Assembly (NCBI RefSeq): GCF_009914755.1
Contig: NC_060926.1
Reading direction: 5' to 3' (one strand)
DNA: 64,000 nucleotides
Source of the DNA: the human T2T-CHM13v2.0 reference genome, Homo sapiens
Below the pieces are notes generated by a model, which was given only the letters and a program-made list of their open reading frames with translations, was not told the origin of the DNA and did no database searches. How positions within the stretch are numbered: position 1 is the stretch's first letter; the number at the start of each line of letters is the position of its first letter. Of this stretch, positions 61,032 through 64,000 are shown one piece after another. The translations under genes were made by a program, and so were the position numbers.

Positions 61032-63451
61032 TCTATCAATTCAATAGAAACAACACATATTTTGAACTCCGAGTCTCTATTATGTTCAATTAAAGAAAGA
61101 AGAGTTGGAATGAGGGGAAAAACTGAATGAAAAAAATAGAAGTTGAAGGAGAGAAGGAAGATGATAAACCAAAAAGGGTAAAAAAAAGTTTTTCAATGTT
61201 TTAATATTTACTTTTTAATTCTCAACATTTTAAGCATCATTCATGTCACTTATATCACTTCATTCCAATTATAGCCTGGCAAAATCTTTTTTTTTTTTTT
61301 TTGGTAACTCTTATTCTCTCCAAGTTCTTTTGAGGCATGCAGTGCTCCTCCTCAGAGTTTTGCTCATACTCACTCATCCCTCATCCTCCAAACCTGTCAG
61401 CTCTAAAGCATCCTCAGTCAATCTGTTGTCAAGCAATAAGCAAGAAGAAGGAAGAACTCTTGATGCTGTAAAATAATCAAGAGTTACATTAGGTCTTTCC
61501 TAGCATTTATTTTAAAACGCTGATCTTCCAACTTTCAGGAATGTGTAACAACATTCAAAAAGAAAGGACAAAGATACTAAAAGAAATAGATTTATTTTAT
61601 CAGCCTAATAACTAAAAATTTGTATTACTTTATGAAACACTACTTAGAAAACACTTTTTTTAAAAAAATTTCATTTTATTTGAGTTTCTATAGTTTCTTC
61701 TTAATTTGGAGCTTTTGTAAAATCTTTAATATACAGCTCGATTTCCATTTGATCCAATGTAAAATGAATAAAATCCTTCAGCAACAGTTACAATATATAT
61801 CATGAAGTGTACTTCTATTCCATACAGAACAATTCACACTGGTTTCAGTGGCTCACAGGTCAATAATCATCTTGGCCTTTCCCATTACAATTTGTGCTCC
61901 ACATTTTAGAGCTGTTGACCCTGTGGAGATGACATAACCTCTCTGAGCCTAAGATTCCTAGTTTGAAAAATTGAGTTAATAATCATGCTCCGAAGAGTGG
62001 TTTAGATTGTGATGGTTAACTGTATATAAAGTGCTTAACAGGAAGAGTTTTGCACATAATGAACACGTATTCATGGAGCTCATAAGATTATTAACTTGTC
62101 TCATCCTTCTATTTTAATTCCTTGCTTTGGATAATTTTATCATGCTTCCATAATTAAAATATATTAATTATATTAAATGAGGATATTTCCATTTATGGGA
62201 ATGTATTGGCCTTTTAAACATGAAACATTTCATATGAGCATGTAATATTAAACAGAGATTTAGTTTAGAGTAGTGAGTCTAGGACAAGTTCAGGAGCTAG
62301 AAAGCCTGGGTTTTGAATACTGGATTCACTACTTACTAGCTAAATGATCTTGGACATCCCAGTTAAGCAACTTTTCTGATTCTAAAAATGTTGAGGCATT
62401 TAGGACATTATTTATTTTGTAAAATGTAATTTTAAACAATACAAGAGTATCCCTAGAATGACTGTTGATTGCTCAAAGGATTGGGTCACTGCAGAATTTC
62501 CTTTCTTAAGAAAATTCCCGTCATTTCACCTTTGTTGTTTTGAACTTTATATGAAGACTTGCAAAATATTTTTTAATTAGACAAAGTCATGTGGCTCAAG
62601 AACTATCATTAAGACTTTTTTCTTTTTTATTCATTGAATATTGCTGAACAGGGTCAAAAGCAAATAAATTCCAACACTTGGTTTATCTTCTGAGAAACAT
62701 TTAAATATCATTAATGTAATCTCTGAACAGAATACAAGAATGATCCCTTCCTTCAAGCAAAGAAATATTACAGTCTCTCCAGAGTTTTAGAGACTCTGTG
62801 TGCCTGGTATGGCTCTGAACATACTATTTGGAAAACGGTATTCTTGAAGTCAAATATTGGAAGCAGACATCAGGAAAATTATTTGGGGGACTTCCTTTCA
62901 TCCCCGAGGTTCTATGAAAACCCTTCACATAGGGAAAATCTATAGGATGAGGTGGGAAGTGGGTTTCCCTAAGTGTTCACAGTAAAAATTGTAAATCCTC
63001 TAAAAAATCACTGAAGTAAACACCAACACTAATTTTTACCTAATAACTAAAAGGAAAAAATGTGAGTTGTGCCCATTATATTAGACTGGAAAAGGTCTCA
63101 GTGGCCTCTATTACCTTCTTGGCCACATAACAGGTACTAAATACTCCAAACTGCAGTTCCCAAATGATTTATTAGTGTCAGGGCACCAATTCTATTGTGG
63201 CTCAGTTAGAGTATGTGCATATTATGTCCATATAATTTTGTAATATGTTGTGCTTTTGTAATAATTAATGTTTATCTTATATATGAAAGCTATATTTATT
63301 TAAGAGAATAAGTTATTCTCTTAAAAATATCTCCCAGATAATTCCTTTAAACAGTATGTTTCCTTTGATAACTTTTGACATCTCTTGTAGAAAGCAAGTA
63401 GTGTTTACTTGTTTGTTTCTTTAATCTTGATTAGAGGGACTATGATATGAC

Positions 63452-63552
63452 ATTTTCTTATTTCAAGGAGCAGGAAAATAGCTACACGCTCACAACTCTA
63501 TATTTTCTTATTTCAAGGAGCAGGAAAATAGCTACATGCTCACAACTCTATA
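63452..63552. repeat. 50-bp tandem duplication
   Basis: attttcttatttcaaggagcaggaaaatagctacaYgctcacaactctat x2, one mismatch. Confidence 0.95.
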
Positions 63553-63631
63553 ATAATTTCAGGCTGTTTTGCATTCCATCACTGAGCCTCTTACCTGTAA
63601 ATAACTTAATCTTATTTCGATAAAATTACAA

Positions 63632-63797
<166 letters not shown>

Positions 63798-64000
63798 TTT
63801 ATTTATTTAAAATTGGTCCAATTAATCATTTGGAAGATCTGCCAAAATCTGAATGAGATTGAGTCAGTATAAATATTTAAGACAGTGGACAAATGTAAAG
63901 ATAAATAAAAAATACATTTTTATTGATGCTAACTGTTGTAAAATGAAATACTGCTTTGAAAATGTCACTTCTCTAGAAACACATAGTGATTTTTTCCTGC

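Overview
Human-type genomic DNA (AT-rich, dense in Alu, L1, MaLR and DNA-transposon fossils) containing the 5' half of SCN9A (voltage-gated sodium channel Nav1.7) on the minus strand. I can place 17 coding exons, from the ATG exon (51214) to the 477-nt exon of the DII-DIII loop (11822). They include the mutually exclusive pair 5N/5A, the alternative donors 11S/11L and a U12-type AT-AC intron. All junctions keep the reading frame (3318 nt with 11S). Non-coding exon 1, the promoter and the 3' half of the gene lie outside the window. The haplotype encodes Thr at codon 610 (P610T against the canonical protein as I recall it) plus several synonymous non-reference alleles. I found no evidence of a wholly new gene or system. 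The best leads are RNA-level: a candidate 9-nt stop-first microexon, a perfect U1-complementary decoy donor next to exon 5N, a candidate recursive/poison exon, a start-stop and an overlapping uORF in the 5'UTR, and antisense exon candidates. There is also a complex L1 insertion with a 5' inversion, a doubled 3' end and a possible transduction. Exon numbers use legacy coding-exon numbering. Repeat subfamily names and boundaries come from recalled consensus sequences and are approximate.
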